64,000 bases of DNA from Beijerinckiaceae bacterium (lineage in GTDB: Bacteria > Pseudomonadota > Alphaproteobacteria > Rhizobiales > Beijerinckiaceae): NCBI GenBank assembly GCA_027532775.1, contig JAPZTO010000006.1, positions 136,047-200,046 of the forward strand. Direction: 5' to 3'. The notes under the pieces were generated by a model. The model searched no databases and was not told the DNA's origin. It was given only the letters and a program-made list of their open reading frames with translations. Each line of letters begins with the position of its first letter. Positions within the stretch are counted from its first letter, which is position 1. Below are positions 1 through 8,146 of this stretch, one piece after another. Position numbers and translations under genes: made by a program.

Positions 1-231
1 GAGCATCGGCGCCTCGTCACGCTCGCCCTCGCCGATGACGATGGTGCCATCGATCGGCAGGCGGTTCAGTTCCCGCCGCATCGCATCCACCGCCGCCTGG
101 TCCGCCGCCTTCTCGTTGCCGCGCCCGCGCAGCTTGGCCGAGGCCACCGCCGCCCGCTCCGTCACGCGGACGAGTTCCATCGTGAGGATGCGTTCGATGA
201 TTTTGTCTTCCGAAACGACGAGATCGACCAT
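1..231 (-). CDS. glpX: Class II fructose-1,6-bisphosphatase, 5' part (runs off the window)
   Basis: Not in the ORF track; manual minus-strand translation from ATG 231 gives [77 protein letters not shown], the GlpX N-terminal signature. Lies downstream of hom. Confidence 0.92.
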   Translation of the reverse strand, partial: MVDLVVSEDKIIERILTMELVRVTERAAVASAKLRGRGNEKAADQAAVDAMRRELNRLPIDGTIVIGEGERDEAPML

Positions 232-318
232 GGGACAGCCTTGTGGTTCTTGGTTATGAATGCATGAGGTTAGGTCGCGCGGCTTCTAGCAGGGCCGCGC
301 GCCTTCGTCACCCTCTTG

Positions 319-1620
319 CTACCGCTCGATGCGGATGACCTGCGGCGGGCCGTCGAGCACACCATCCTCGGCAATGGCGGCCACGGCGTTGCGGATCAGC
401 AGTTCCGTGGTGGCATAGGTGATCAGGATCACCGGCACCGAGCCATTGGCGTTGCGGCGGGCATCGCGGCCCTTCTGCAGGATGGATTCGAGGCTGATGC
501 CACGTTCCGCCATGCGCGTGGCGATGATCGCTGCCGCGCCCGGCCGGTCCATGACCTGCAGGCGGATATAATAGCCACCCTCATGGCGCTGCATCGGCGC
601 GCGGATCGGCTTGTCGAGTTCGCGCGAAGGCCGGCCGAACATGGCCACCTGGTTGCCGCGGGCGAGATCGACAATATCACCCACCACGGCCGAGGCCGTC
701 GCTCCGCCGCCGGCACCGGGGCCGACCAGCGTGATCGTGCCGACGGGATCGGCATCGATGGAGACGGCATTGGTCACGCCCATCACGCCGGCAAGCTGGC
801 TCGACCGCGACACCATGGTCGGGTGGACGCGCTGCTCGATGCCCGCCGCCGTGCGTTCGGCCACGCCGAGCAGCTTGATGCGGAAGCCGAGTTCCTCGGC
901 CATTTCGAGATCGAGCGGCGTCACGCCGGAAATGCCCTCGACATAGACGGCATCGCCATCGACCTCGGTGCCGAAAGCCAGCGCCGTCAGCAGGGCCAGC
1001 TTGTGGGCGGTGTCATAGCCCTCGATGTCGAAGGTCGGATCCGCCTCGGCATATCCAAGCTCCTGCGCCGCCTTCAGGCATTGCTGGAAATCGAGCCCCT
1101 CGGCCTCCATCCGGCTGAGAATGTAGTTGCAGGTCCCATTGAGGATGCCCGAAACGCGGCGCATCGTGTTGCCGACGAGGGCCTCGCGCAGGGCCTTGAT
1201 CACCGGGATGCCACCGGCCGCCGCCGCTTCGAAGGCGATGGTCGTGCCATGGGCTTCAGCCGCCAAAGCGAGGGACTGGCCATGCGCCGCGAGCAAGGCC
1301 TTGTTGGCCGTCACGACCGGCTTGCCCGCCGCCAGCGCAGCTTCGACCAGCGCCTTGGCCTGCCCGTCGGAGCCGCCCATCAGCTCGACGACGAGATCAA
1401 CCTCCGGGTCCTTCGCCAGCGCAACCGGATCATCATGCCAGCGATAGCCGGAGAGATCGACGCCACGATCACGGCCCTTCGTGCGGGCAGAAACCGCGAC
1501 GATCCGGATCGGTCGGCCGGCACGGACCGACAGTTCGTTATGGGCCGAGGTGAGGATCCGGATCGTGGCGGCACCGACCGTCCCGAGCCCGGCAATGCCG
1601 ATCCTGAGTGCGTCTGCCAT
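319..1620 (-). CDS. hom: Homoserine dehydrogenase with C-terminal ACT domain
   Basis: GIAGLGTVG Rossmann motif, VVTANKALLA, SGILNGTCNYIL, GYAEADPTFDIEGYD. Confidence 0.95.
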   Translation of the reverse strand: MADALRIGIAGLGTVGAATIRILTSAHNELSVRAGRPIRIVAVSARTKGRDRGVDLSGYRWHDDPVALAKDPEVDLVVELMGGSDGQAKALVEAALAAGKPVVTANKALLAAHGQSLALAAEAHGTTIAFEAAAAGGIPVIKALREALVGNTMRRVSGILNGTCNYILSRMEAEGLDFQQCLKAAQELGYAEADPTFDIEGYDTAHKLALLTALAFGTEVDGDAVYVEGISGVTPLDLEMAEELGFRIKLLGVAERTAAGIEQRVHPTMVSRSSQLAGVMGVTNAVSIDADPVGTITLVGPGAGGGATASAVVGDIVDLARGNQVAMFGRPSRELDKPIRAPMQRHEGGYYIRLQVMDRPGAAAIIATRMAERGISLESILQKGRDARRNANGSVPVILITYATTELLIRNAVAAIAEDGVLDGPPQVIRIER

Positions 1621-1745
1621 GGCCTGTTCCTCCGCCGTCGATTCCGTTCAATCCGGGTTGGCTTCTAGAACAGGATCGGTAGGCGCGGAACCCGCTTTCT
1701 TGCATGGCACCACCCCTTCGGCGGTTTCCTGTGCGCAGGAGCGCA

Positions 1746-2741
1746 TTATCCCGTCGTGATGACGATGCTGCCGGTCTTGTGGCCACCATCGATCAGGGCA
1801 TGCGCCTCACCGATCCGCTCCAGCGGGAAGCGGGCACCGATGGCCGGGCGCAGCCTGCCGGCTTCAGCAAGCGCCATCACCCGGGCCAGCCCCTCCGCAT
1901 TGTCCGGCACCATGCCGCCGATCACCGAACGGCCGGAACGCGCATTGAGCCAGGGCATGGCCATAAAGTCCCATAGCGAGGCGGTGAGCGCCACGAGCCG
2001 GCCACCGGGGCGGGCTAGCCGCACGCTCTGCGAGGCCGGCATCGCCCCGACCGTGTCGATCACGAGATCGAAGGCCCCTTCATGGGTCTGCGGCCAGCCC
2101 GGCGCGCGATAATCGATCACGCCATCAGCGCCCTGTGACTGGACCCAGTTCGCCTTGCCGGCGCTGCAGCAGGCAGTCACCGTTGCGCCGGCAGCTCGGG
2201 CGAGCTGCATGACGGCGACACCGACGGCCCCGCCCGCGCCGATTACCAGCACCTTTTCGCCGGAGATCACCGGCGCCTTGGTCTCGAGAAAAAACCGCGC
2301 CGTCATGCCGCCGAAAATCACTGCCGCGGCCTCCTCGAAACCGAGGGATTCCGGCTTGGCGGCGATCGCCTTGCGCTCCGCGATCACGCGGTACCCGGCA
2401 TGGCAGCCTTGCGCGGCGCCGGTGCTCGCCACCACATCATCGCCCGGGCGGAATCGCGTGACGCCGGGCCCGACCGCTTCGACAATCCCCGCCAGCGCCG
2501 TGCCGAGGATCGGCTGGCGGGGCCGGCGGAAGCCGAAGGCCAGCCGCGCCATCGGCCCAAAGCCCGGCGGCATGTCCAGCGCGCGCACGCGCCGGTCTGC
2601 GGAATCCAGCGTGCTGGCGAGGATGCGCACCAGAACCTCGCCCGCGCCGGGAACGGGCCGCGGGACTGCCGCGACATGAACGGCGGAGGCATCGCCGTAC
2701 CGCTCGCACAGGGCGGCGCGCATCATCGGAAGATCGCTCAT
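1746..2741 (-). CDS. MDR-family NAD(P)-dependent oxidoreductase (quinone oxidoreductase/zinc-type ADH-like)
   Basis: ILGTALAGIVEAVGPGVTRFRPGDDV GroES-like domain, VLVIGAGGAVG, C-terminal GHKTGSIVIT. Confidence 0.85.
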   Translation of the reverse strand: MSDLPMMRAALCERYGDASAVHVAAVPRPVPGAGEVLVRILASTLDSADRRVRALDMPPGFGPMARLAFGFRRPRQPILGTALAGIVEAVGPGVTRFRPGDDVVASTGAAQGCHAGYRVIAERKAIAAKPESLGFEEAAAVIFGGMTARFFLETKAPVISGEKVLVIGAGGAVGVAVMQLARAAGATVTACCSAGKANWVQSQGADGVIDYRAPGWPQTHEGAFDLVIDTVGAMPASQSVRLARPGGRLVALTASLWDFMAMPWLNARSGRSVIGGMVPDNAEGLARVMALAEAGRLRPAIGARFPLERIGEAHALIDGGHKTGSIVITTG

Positions 2742-2748
2742 GTCCGGC

Positions 2749-3828
2749 TCAGATACTCGGCCGGGCGCTGAGCTGCTTCTTCAGTTCCTGCGTCATCTCG
2801 CCGAGCTTGCGCTCGACCTCGACGCGCTTGCGGCGCCCCTCATCCTGCACCTTCAGCACACCGGTGATCGTGTCGATCAGGTCGCGGTTGGTCTTTTCCA
2901 GCGTCTCGATATCGATGATGCCGCGCTGCGACTGCCGCTCGATCTCGATCGCCTGCGTCTTCATCATTTCCGAGGCCTGCTTGAGCATCTCGTTGGTGGC
3001 ATCGGTGACAGTCTTCTGCATTTCCAGCGCCGAATTCTGCCGCGAAAGGCCGAGCAGGAGAATCATCTTCTGCTTCCAGACCGGGATGGTCAGCTGCGTC
3101 GTGGCCTGCAGGTTCTCGATCAGCGTCTCGTCGCCGGCCTGCACGATCCGGATCTGCGGCAATTGCTGGAAGCCGATCTGGCGCGCCTGCTGGAGATACA
3201 TCACGCGCTTTTCCAGCCGGTCCAAAGCCTGCAAGGCATCCTGATAGGCCTGCGCGGCCATCAGCCCCTCGGTCGTGTTGGCCTTGGCATCGGCCTCGGC
3301 CTTGAGTTCGGCCAGCCGGCCCTTGCGGAATTCCTCGCCATAGGCCTTGCCGGCCTCGATGTAGACGTCGAGTTCGCCAATGGCGGTTTTCGTCTGCTCG
3401 TGCAGTTCATCGAGCATGGCGATGTCGCTGCGGAGCGTTTCCTTGTGGCGATCCAGCTCGATCGTCACGCGGTCGACCTGCCCGGCCACATCCTCGAACC
3501 GCTCCTTGAAGCGCCGCACGCGCGCCTCCATGCTGGTGAAGAGCCGCTGGAACCAGTTCAGCTTGCCGATGGCTGCCGGATCGAGCCCCCGCGCCTTGGC
3601 GAGGATATCGGAGAGCAATTCGCCGGTCTTGCCCATTTCCTTGTTGCGGGTTTCCGCGAGGATCCGGTCGGCGAAATCCGAAACCTGCCGCTGGGCAGCA
3701 TCACCATAGGTCACGATCTGCGAGCGATCCTCGATATCGAGCTCCTTGCGGGCCCTTTCCACCGCAGCCTTGTCGAGCTGGATCGAGGGCAGATGGGCCT
3801 GGGCCCGGAGCTGGTCAGTATCGGACAT
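2749..3828 (-). CDS. Toxic anion resistance protein, TelA/KlaA family
   Basis: Helical 359 aa protein with YGDAAQRQVSDFADRIL, QQLPQIRIVQAGDETLIE and TIPVWK motifs typical of TelA. Confidence 0.82.
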   Translation of the reverse strand: MSDTDQLRAQAHLPSIQLDKAAVERARKELDIEDRSQIVTYGDAAQRQVSDFADRILAETRNKEMGKTGELLSDILAKARGLDPAAIGKLNWFQRLFTSMEARVRRFKERFEDVAGQVDRVTIELDRHKETLRSDIAMLDELHEQTKTAIGELDVYIEAGKAYGEEFRKGRLAELKAEADAKANTTEGLMAAQAYQDALQALDRLEKRVMYLQQARQIGFQQLPQIRIVQAGDETLIENLQATTQLTIPVWKQKMILLLGLSRQNSALEMQKTVTDATNEMLKQASEMMKTQAIEIERQSQRGIIDIETLEKTNRDLIDTITGVLKVQDEGRRKRVEVERKLGEMTQELKKQLSARPSI

Positions 3829-4019
3829 GGATCGCTTCCTCTTCTGCCCGCCGGCACCATCTGGCGCGGCAGGTCGCGCGTAAGGTAAGGATGCGACACG
3901 CCGATGTCAGGAGGCTGGGCAACATTTCGTTGCACGGGCGCCGGCAGAAAGGTGCGCAATCGCACATTGGCAGGCCCGCGCTTTCGGTATGGGATGTCAC
4001 CGAAGAGAGAGGAAGGCCC

Positions 4020-4541
4020 ATGCCTGCGAGATCGCCTGTCACATCCATGGGCTGCGCCCTTGCCGCCTTCATGACACTGGCCCTGCCTGCCCTGGCGAGC
4101 CCCGCAGCCTGTGACGCCATCCAGAACGGGTTCAATGCCGTGGCCAGCGTGCCCGCCTACCGGCAGCTGGTCGAGACCGGCCAGAAGGGCGAGCGCATGG
4201 AGGGCGTGATCATCGGCGAGACCGTCTACATGCGGGTCGAAGAGAAGTGGATGCGGATGCGGCTCAAGCCGGGCGGTCGCAAGGGCATGCTCAACCAGAT
4301 CATGTCGATGTCGTCGATCACGGATTGCCGCGAAATGCGCGCGGAAGCGCTGCCCTCGGGCATGCGCACGAAAGTCTACGAATTCATGATGACTCCGCCC
4401 CAAGGCATGCCCGGTGTGCCGAACAAGCCAGCGAAAAACACGGTGTGGATCGGAGTGGATGATGGCCTCGTCTACCGGCAGGTGAGCGACGAGATCACGG
4501 TCACGCTGTCCTACGACAAGGTGGTGCCGCCGATCCCGTGA
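4020..4541 (+). CDS. Hypothetical exported protein
   Basis: ATG 4020 after GAGAGGAAGG; Sec-like signal (CALAAFMTLALPALASPAA-C). Upstream extension of the 3891 ORF is not supported. Confidence 0.68.
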   Translation: MPARSPVTSMGCALAAFMTLALPALASPAACDAIQNGFNAVASVPAYRQLVETGQKGERMEGVIIGETVYMRVEEKWMRMRLKPGGRKGMLNQIMSMSSITDCREMRAEALPSGMRTKVYEFMMTPPQGMPGVPNKPAKNTVWIGVDDGLVYRQVSDEITVTLSYDKVVPPIP

Positions 4542-4558
4542 GGGGTGGGCTTTTCACC

Positions 4559-4903
4559 TCACGGTTCGCGCAGGAAAAATCCCTGCACTTCTGAAAAGTC
4601 GAGAACCTTGCCTGCGAAATGCCGCGCATCTGGCTCTGTTGTGAAAAAGATCACTTCGAGCCCGCACAGCATCTGGATATGGCGTTCAATCTCCGGACGC
4701 ATGCTCTTCATGTAAAATGAAACGATCGGCATTTCCCTCGTTTTCCCGTTGTTATAGTGGAGATAAGCCCAAGCTACAGAAACTATGTCTGGCTCTTCGG
4801 ATGGGAATTCCTTGATCCACTCCTGAAGAAGTTTTCCGATCTCACGGATCGTTCTTCGAGAAAACGTGAAGTTTATCGGTGGGCATTTTTCGTAGCACGG
4901 CAT
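4559..4903 (-). CDS. Hypothetical protein (AT-richer cassette)
   Basis: 114 aa ORF with visibly AT-richer codon use than the flanking genes; no family recognised. Confidence 0.55.
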   Translation of the reverse strand: MPCYEKCPPINFTFSRRTIREIGKLLQEWIKEFPSEEPDIVSVAWAYLHYNNGKTREMPIVSFYMKSMRPEIERHIQMLCGLEVIFFTTEPDARHFAGKVLDFSEVQGFFLREP

Positions 4904-4943
4904 CGGAATTGATAATCAAATTGGAAAACGACGTTTCTGAAAC

Positions 4944-5270
4944 CTATCTTCGATAAATGATCTTATCGCCGTCCATTTCAAACTCACCGCCCGCATCCCA
5001 GTTTTTTGCTGGAGGCAGACAAACGATGAATCCAAACTGACTATCCCGGCATCGAAAAGGAAACTGCGACAACTTTTCTTCCATGATCCATCCCAACCCA
5101 TATTTTGCGGGGACAGCTCGGATCAACTGGCCGGTCTTGTTATCCGTGACAGCGCCCCCTAAACTCCAGGCTACAAGTGGAAAGGCTTCGACGCCCAATC
5201 GGGCACCGACGACTTCGTCAGTCATTTCTTTTACAATGACAGCTCTCAATCGAGCTCCAAACTGAAACAT
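4944..5270 (-). CDS. Hypothetical protein (AT-richer cassette)
   Basis: Open frame extends to 5303; ATG 5270 (MFQFGARL) avoids overlap with the upstream gene and follows AAGG. No family recognised. Confidence 0.55.
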   Translation of the reverse strand: MFQFGARLRAVIVKEMTDEVVGARLGVEAFPLVAWSLGGAVTDNKTGQLIRAVPAKYGLGWIMEEKLSQFPFRCRDSQFGFIVCLPPAKNWDAGGEFEMDGDKIIYRR

Positions 5271-5283
5271 TTTTGATGACCTT

Positions 5284-5692
5284 TCAGTAATTGATATAGC
5301 CATCGGGACAATTATTACCTTCGTAAATTACACTAAACTGATAGTCGAATGTCTTGTCATAGAAGGTACAGATGGACTGGTTGGACTCGCTCAGATAGTT
5401 CCAGCCAGAAAGGACGCCACTGAACTGAACGCGCCCTGCAATGAGGCCACCACCCCCGCCGCCCCCGTCCATTGCCCGCCATCGCTGCTGCCGGCGGGAA
5501 CACGTGGCTGGCTTGGGCGATATTTCCGGCGGAGCGCCGCATAGTCGGCCTTAAGCGCGAACAGGCGCAGGTGGAAATCGGCAAGAACACGAGCGCGGCT
5601 CAGTTCTTCAGCCGCCGCCTTCTCGCGCAGGGCGATCTGGAAGGCGGGCTCGAAGCGGAGATCGAACGGGGCTGACGACGGGATGGGATCAT
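5284..5692 (-). pseudogene. Doubly frameshifted gene encoding a KYRPSQPRVPAGSSDGGQWT-motif protein
   Basis: AAGGAGG RBS (5700-5706) 7 nt before ATG 5692. A start-less frame encodes DPIPSSAPFDLRF...RRKYRPSQPRVPAGSSDGGQWT; the next frame encodes GGGGGGLIAGRVQF...CPDGYINY*. Adding one G after the ATG and one G to the G5 run near 5463-5467 gives a continuous 136 aa ORF. Confidence 0.55.
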
Positions 5693-5778
5693 GGCAGCGC
5701 CTCCTTGTTGCGCCGCCATGATATAAACTTAAATTCCTATTGAAGGAATATTGTCCTTCTTCGTTTTCCCCGTTCCCG

Positions 5779-6999
5779 TCACACCGCGCGTTTGATGCCG
5801 ATCACGTTGTGCAGGGTCGAATCAGCACCGTCGAAGAACTTCTTGAGGTTGCGCGCGGCCTGCCGGATGCGCTGCTCGTTCTCGACAATGGCGAGGCGGA
5901 CGAATTCATCGCCATGCTCGCCGAAGCCGAGACCGGGGGCGACGGCGACTTCCGCCTTCTCGACCAGCAGCTTGGCAAATTCGACCGAGCCGAGATGCCG
6001 GAACTTCTCCGGAATCTGCACCCAGGCGAACATTGTCGCCTCCGGCACCGGAATGTCCCAGCCGGCCTTGCCGAAGCTCTCGATCAGGGCATCGCGCCGC
6101 TTGCGATAGACATCGCGCATCTCGCGGATGCAATCATCCGGGCCGTTGAGGGCAGCCGTGGCCGCAACCTGGATCGGCGTGTAAGCGCCGTAATCGAGAT
6201 AGGATTTCACCCGCGCCAATGCCGCGATCAGCCGTTCGTTGCCCACGGCGAAGCCCATGCGCCAGCCGGCCATGGAGAAAGTCTTCGACATGGACGTGAA
6301 TTCGACCGTGCAATCCATTGCGCCCGGCACCTGCAGCACGGAAGGCGGCGGGCTGGCCTCGTCGAAATAGACTTCGGCATAGGCGAGGTCGGAGAGCAGG
6401 ATGATTTCGTGCTTCTTCGCGAAGGCGACGAGATCACGGTAGAAATCGAGCCCGGCGACGAAGGCCGTCGGGTTCGAGGGATAGCAGACGACCAGCGCGA
6501 TCGGCTTGGGCACCGAATGCATGATCGCCCGCTCGAGCGCGGGGAACATGGCCGGGGTCGGCTCGGCCGGAACGGAGCGGATCACGCCGCCGGCCATCAG
6601 GAAGCCGAAAGCATGGATCGGATAGGAAGGGTTCGGCACGAGCACCACATCGCCGGGGCCGGTAATGGCCTGCGCCATGTTGGCGAAGCCTTCCTTCGAG
6701 CCCAGGGTCGCGACGACCTGCGTGTCCGGGTTGAGCTTCACGCCGAAGCGGCGCTCGTAATAGGCCGCCTGCGCCCGGCGGAGGCCGCCGATGCCCTTGG
6801 ACGCGGAATAGCGGTCCGTGCGGGGCTTGCCGGCGGTCTCGACGAGCTTCTCGATCACATGCCGGGGTGCCGGCAGATCGGGGTTCCCCATCCCCAGATC
6901 GATGATATCGGCCCCGTTAGCTCGCGCCTGCGCCTTGATCTTGTTGACCTGTTCGAAAACATAGGGCGGCAATCGGCGGATGCGGTGGAACTCGTTCAT
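5779..6999 (-). CDS. PLP-dependent class I/II aminotransferase (AlaC/YfdZ-like; often annotated LL-diaminopimelate aminotransferase)
   Basis: RIRRLPPYVF, IIDLGMGNPD, LSDLAYAEVYFD and PLP-lysine motif SMSKTFSMAGWRMGF. Confidence 0.9.
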   Translation of the reverse strand: MNEFHRIRRLPPYVFEQVNKIKAQARANGADIIDLGMGNPDLPAPRHVIEKLVETAGKPRTDRYSASKGIGGLRRAQAAYYERRFGVKLNPDTQVVATLGSKEGFANMAQAITGPGDVVLVPNPSYPIHAFGFLMAGGVIRSVPAEPTPAMFPALERAIMHSVPKPIALVVCYPSNPTAFVAGLDFYRDLVAFAKKHEIILLSDLAYAEVYFDEASPPPSVLQVPGAMDCTVEFTSMSKTFSMAGWRMGFAVGNERLIAALARVKSYLDYGAYTPIQVAATAALNGPDDCIREMRDVYRKRRDALIESFGKAGWDIPVPEATMFAWVQIPEKFRHLGSVEFAKLLVEKAEVAVAPGLGFGEHGDEFVRLAIVENEQRIRQAARNLKKFFDGADSTLHNVIGIKRAV

Positions 7000-7165
7000 C
7001 TCTCTGGCTTTCGTTGTCTCTTCTCAAAGGGTGGCCTGCCAGCCGGCAGACCGGCTCAACCGGCGGGGAACCGGCAGCATGCCGATGACGCAGCATGATG
7101 CCGAAGTCTAGCATGAAATGGCGATTCGGCATGCCTGGTCGCCATTTCGCCGGCCGGAACGCCGC

Positions 7166-7495
7166 TTACCGCCCCTTCGGGCAGCCGAAGGGGAAGAAAG
7201 TGCTGGCCATGCCGGCATTCATGCCCCGGATCACCAGCGCATTGGCAAGGCGCAGTTCCTCCGGGCTTTTCGGGCAGACATCCCGCTCGCCCGCGCAGCC
7301 GCCGGCGAGAAAGGCTTCGTGCCGGGCCAGAAACTCCACGCCGAGGCCTGTCCGGCCGAAACGCTGCAAAGCTTCCGCCGTCGCCTTCGTATAGATCTCG
7401 CATTTCACGCGCGGCCAGTCGTCCGGGGCGGTCTGCTGCGCAAGGATCGATTGGGGCAGGAGGATGAGTGCCGCAATCGGCAGGAAATGGCGCAT
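7166..7495 (-). CDS. Hypothetical small exported protein with 4 Cys
   Basis: Signal peptide MRHFLPIAALILLPQSILAQ; 109 aa; 3 nt from the upstream gene. Confidence 0.65.
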   Translation of the reverse strand: MRHFLPIAALILLPQSILAQQTAPDDWPRVKCEIYTKATAEALQRFGRTGLGVEFLARHEAFLAGGCAGERDVCPKSPEELRLANALVIRGMNAGMASTFFPFGCPKGR

Positions 7496-7498
7496 GGC

Positions 7499-7933
7499 TC
7501 ATTCCGCCTGCGCAGGCGCGGCCGGGCGGAGGCGCGGCGGCACGCGGCCATCATAAGACGAAGGGGGCTTCGGCCGGTTCGCGAAGGCCCGGCTCCGCTG
7601 GCGCTGGGCATCGAGTTCCTTCTCCATCGTCTGCAACTCCGTCGTCGAACGCTGCACGCCGGACCGCTGCGGCGTTACGCCGACGGGGATATAATCCTGC
7701 TGGGCAGGGCGCGCTTCCCGGACGAAGGCAGCCGGCTCTCCAATTGTGGTGGTGACACGGAGCCGGTTCGCCAGCGCATTCTCCGCCGGCTTCTCGCGCG
7801 TCTCGGATGCGGCCGGCGCCGCCGCGACCGGAGCCGGTGGCGTCCCGTCGGTGGCGCAGGCGGCCAGCAGCCCCGCAAGGGCCGGAACCAGCAGGAACAT
7901 GCGCGGGGACAGGGGCATGGCGAAATTCCTCAT
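7499..7933 (-). CDS. Hypothetical lipoprotein
   Basis: Lipobox LLAA-C after a hydrophobic stretch; Pro/Ala linker. Confidence 0.65.
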   Translation of the reverse strand: MRNFAMPLSPRMFLLVPALAGLLAACATDGTPPAPVAAAPAASETREKPAENALANRLRVTTTIGEPAAFVREARPAQQDYIPVGVTPQRSGVQRSTTELQTMEKELDAQRQRSRAFANRPKPPSSYDGRVPPRLRPAAPAQAE

Positions 7934-8146
7934 CAGGCCGTCCGGGATGCCACCAGAAGCGTCAGAGCATCAGAGCGCATCACCTTTATTCTTTGCTTAA
8001 GCCCGCGAACAAGGCACAATTCAGGCCCGCTCCGTCTTGTCCCTGCCCCGCCGGGAAAGCTTCGACAAATTCCGCACTGGCCAAGATTGCGGGGCGCGTT
8101 AGAACAAGCATAAGTCCGGCATATGACCGGGCAGACGGAGGAAACC

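Noticed and set aside
316-1668. Long antisense or alternate-frame ORFs (also 2740-3888, 5740-7098, 8513-9862, 10662-12329, 27256-28338, 43726-45159, 50853-52781, 60061-61734 and many others)
   Set aside because: They shadow well-supported genes, have Arg/Gly/Ala/Pro-biased sequence and no motifs; expected from stop-codon scarcity in GC-rich DNA.
5263-5269. Additional TGAAACA copy
   Set aside because: It overlaps the start of a minus-strand ORF and is not upstream of a co-oriented exported gene; counted as background.
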